Source: Squalus acanthias (Eukaryota). From it: a DNA stretch of 64,000 bases. Below are positions 61,768-64,000 of the stretch, in pieces (position 1 is the first letter of the stretch; every line of letters starts with the position of its first letter). The notes below the pieces were generated by a model that saw nothing but the letters and a program-made list of their open reading frames with translations, did no database searches and was not told the DNA's origin. The position numbers were made by a program, and so were the translations under genes. The DNA lies in NCBI GenBank assembly GCA_030390025.1, contig CM059431.1:141052001-141116000 (forward strand). The letters run 5' to 3'.

Positions 61768-63184
61768 TCATTTACTAACTAATCTCAGAATTAGTGTCCA
61801 GGGACATTTCACCACATTCTTCAGCTCTTCTCTTAATTTCCTCTGGGTCGCTACATAAATACAAGGTTTTTGAAAGCAACTCAAAAACTTCAGCATGGCT
61901 CCGATTTCAGTGGCGATATATCCAGTGTTTGTGCGGTCACCTCGTTAATAGGTGATATTTGTCTCTCTGATAGTTACAAAACTCACGGCAGTTGTCAGCC
62001 ACAATAGTATAAAACTGCCCGATATAGTGAACAGTAAAATGATGGATTTCCTTCTGTTCTCCAATTCTGGATCCCTCTAATTTTCACTCCCGTGACCCCG
62101 GAGTCCCCTGCGGGCTCTGCTGGCCACTAAAATACGTTGAACGGTTAAATAATTAAACAAGGCGATTAAAGTAAAAGGAAGCCAGAGGACCCAGGCGCTG
62201 TGAAACCAGACGGATGCTATGACTGGAGGTGAGGTAAAAAAAAGCGACACTTGACCCGCAGCCCCACTGCACCTTACTAATTATTTGCTCAGATTCAAAT
62301 GCAAACAAAACGGGGATGTCCTTTAATACAATCAGGACCTTGAACGCTGTTATAACCGCGGCCGCAGTTCTCCCGGTGCAATACTTGTCTTTAAACTTCT
62401 GGCAGCAGATAACTACACATCGCTCAAATGTGAAGGAGACGCTGAACCAAACAGACACATCGAGGTTGATAGCAGTGATGTATAGAATTAACTTACACAC
62501 GGGAGTGTGGGACAGGAATGAAAGTGGAAAGTGATAACCAAAAATATAATAACTATTACATTGATGATAATGACAAATAGATCTGCTGTTGCCATGGCCA
62601 CCATGTAGACAGATATACACTTGGAAAGGCCGCAGTTTTCTCGGTAGAGAATAAAATTGTCAACAAGTTCGCTGTAAGAGAGAGAGAGGAGAGAAATAAT
62701 GTTCCAGTGTCTGATTAAAATATATATGGAGAGGCCTGTGGAGAGCATTTTACTCCATTCAATGTGATTATCAACACGGAGCAGTGTGAGAACAGGATTA
62801 GTATTGGAGCCATTAACTGGGAAACCCACCCACACATTTTAATGCGCTGCTGCAGCGCTCACTCTGCACAGGGGGACAAGACGGTCCGGAAATCCGGTAA
62901 AATCCTTGTGTTGGTGCTTTATAAAGCATTGCAACATCAGTGAGGTTATTGGATTAAGGGAAGCGTGGGAAGTGTGCATAGGAGGTTCACGAGTTGGCTC
63001 CAGTCACTACCGACTATTTAATACTTACATATAGTAAACACGTTACCTGATCTAACAGGCTGAACAGGGTTACAATTAACACCGATTAACAATAAACAGG
63101 TTAGAATGGCTCACCGGAGAAACCGACGGCTGCGAGAATCGGGTAGTAAATCTCTTTGATCAGCAGAATAGTTGAGTGACCCAT
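61768..63184 (-). pseudogene. GPR139/GPR142-like GPCR pseudogene, close paralogue of 37814-39248 (exon 1 63184-63115, exon 2 62671-61768)
   Basis: Exon 1 reads MGHSTILLIKEIYYPILAAVGFS, followed by a 443-nt GT-AG intron. Exon 2 aligns over its full length but has -1 frameshifts near 62655 and 62553, a +1 in a T8 run near 62240, and in-frame stops TAG (62077-62079) and TAA (61945-61947). Confidence 0.9.
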
Positions 63185-64000
63185 TTTCTGTGAGAATGGA
63201 TGAATTATGTGTCGGAGCTGAAAGACTCTGACTGGCGCACGGCTGAGGCAATGGCAGGGAACCTATATTTATCCACAAAACAGTCCTGCAGGGAGTCAAT
63301 CAGGTTAAATCATAATTAGCGTTAGTTACAATCATTTTACCAATATACTCAGGTAAATTGATTTTTTTCTGATACGTCAGATTAAAGAAATAGTTGAAGT
63401 TGTTAATGGAAAATTTAATAAAAAAACAAAATTAAAGCATTCTTTACAATCCGAGATTTGAAACTCCCACTGCTGCTGCTGCCTCTATTACTACAGGAGC
63501 ATTGAAGGCAGCTCCCCTAGCATTACACGTCCTGACCCTCTGCTTGACTCAGTTTTATTGCTCAAACTAATCCAGAACAGGCGGTTTTCGTGATGACCAC
63601 AGTCATGCAGCATTAAAGGTAACCGTGTTCCTCTGGCAGTTGTAGTAAACCTACACTTCCACTAGAGGTGAGAGTGTTCCTTCTGTGCTTGTGAAAGCCT
63701 TACACTTAAACTGGAGGCGCCCGTGCTTCTCCGTTAATAAAAGTAGCCCCTACACTTACACTGGAGATGAGGGTGCTCCTTCAATGCTAGTGGTGAACTA
63801 CACTGATACTCGAGGTGACCTTTCCCCTCAGGTGCTAGCGATACCCCTGCAAATAGACTAGTGCTGGACGTAAACGTTCTGTTAAAGTAGTTCCCCACAC
63901 TTACACCAGCAGTGCTCCTGCTTCTACTGTACGAGTGGTACCCCTACATATACTATAGTGTTGACCGTGCGCCAGCAGTAGTAGTGGTAACCCCACACTT

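Overview
Eukaryotic, repeat-dense vertebrate DNA, most likely from a cartilaginous fish. The taxon is inferred from HE1-like V-SINEs, SacSINE1/DeuSINE-like SINEs and shark-type CR1 LINEs. Most of the window is nested retroelements: CR1, L2, a tRNA-headed APE-RT LINE, a Penelope-like fragment with a hammerhead ribozyme, solo LTRs, SINEs, MITEs and minisatellites. The host-gene content is a small cluster of two-exon GPR139/GPR142-like class A GPCRs. One gene is intact (37814-39248, +, 329 aa after splicing). One is a close inverted paralogue that has become a pseudogene (61768-63184, -). One is an older, divergent pseudogene fragment (26217-26850, +) lying between two parts of a CR1. There is also a candidate orphan transmembrane exon (23752-23865, -). 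The main hypothesis worth testing is that these GPCRs belong to a lineage-expanded, birth-and-death receptor family, possibly chemosensory. All alignments were done by eye, and most transposon boundaries are approximate.
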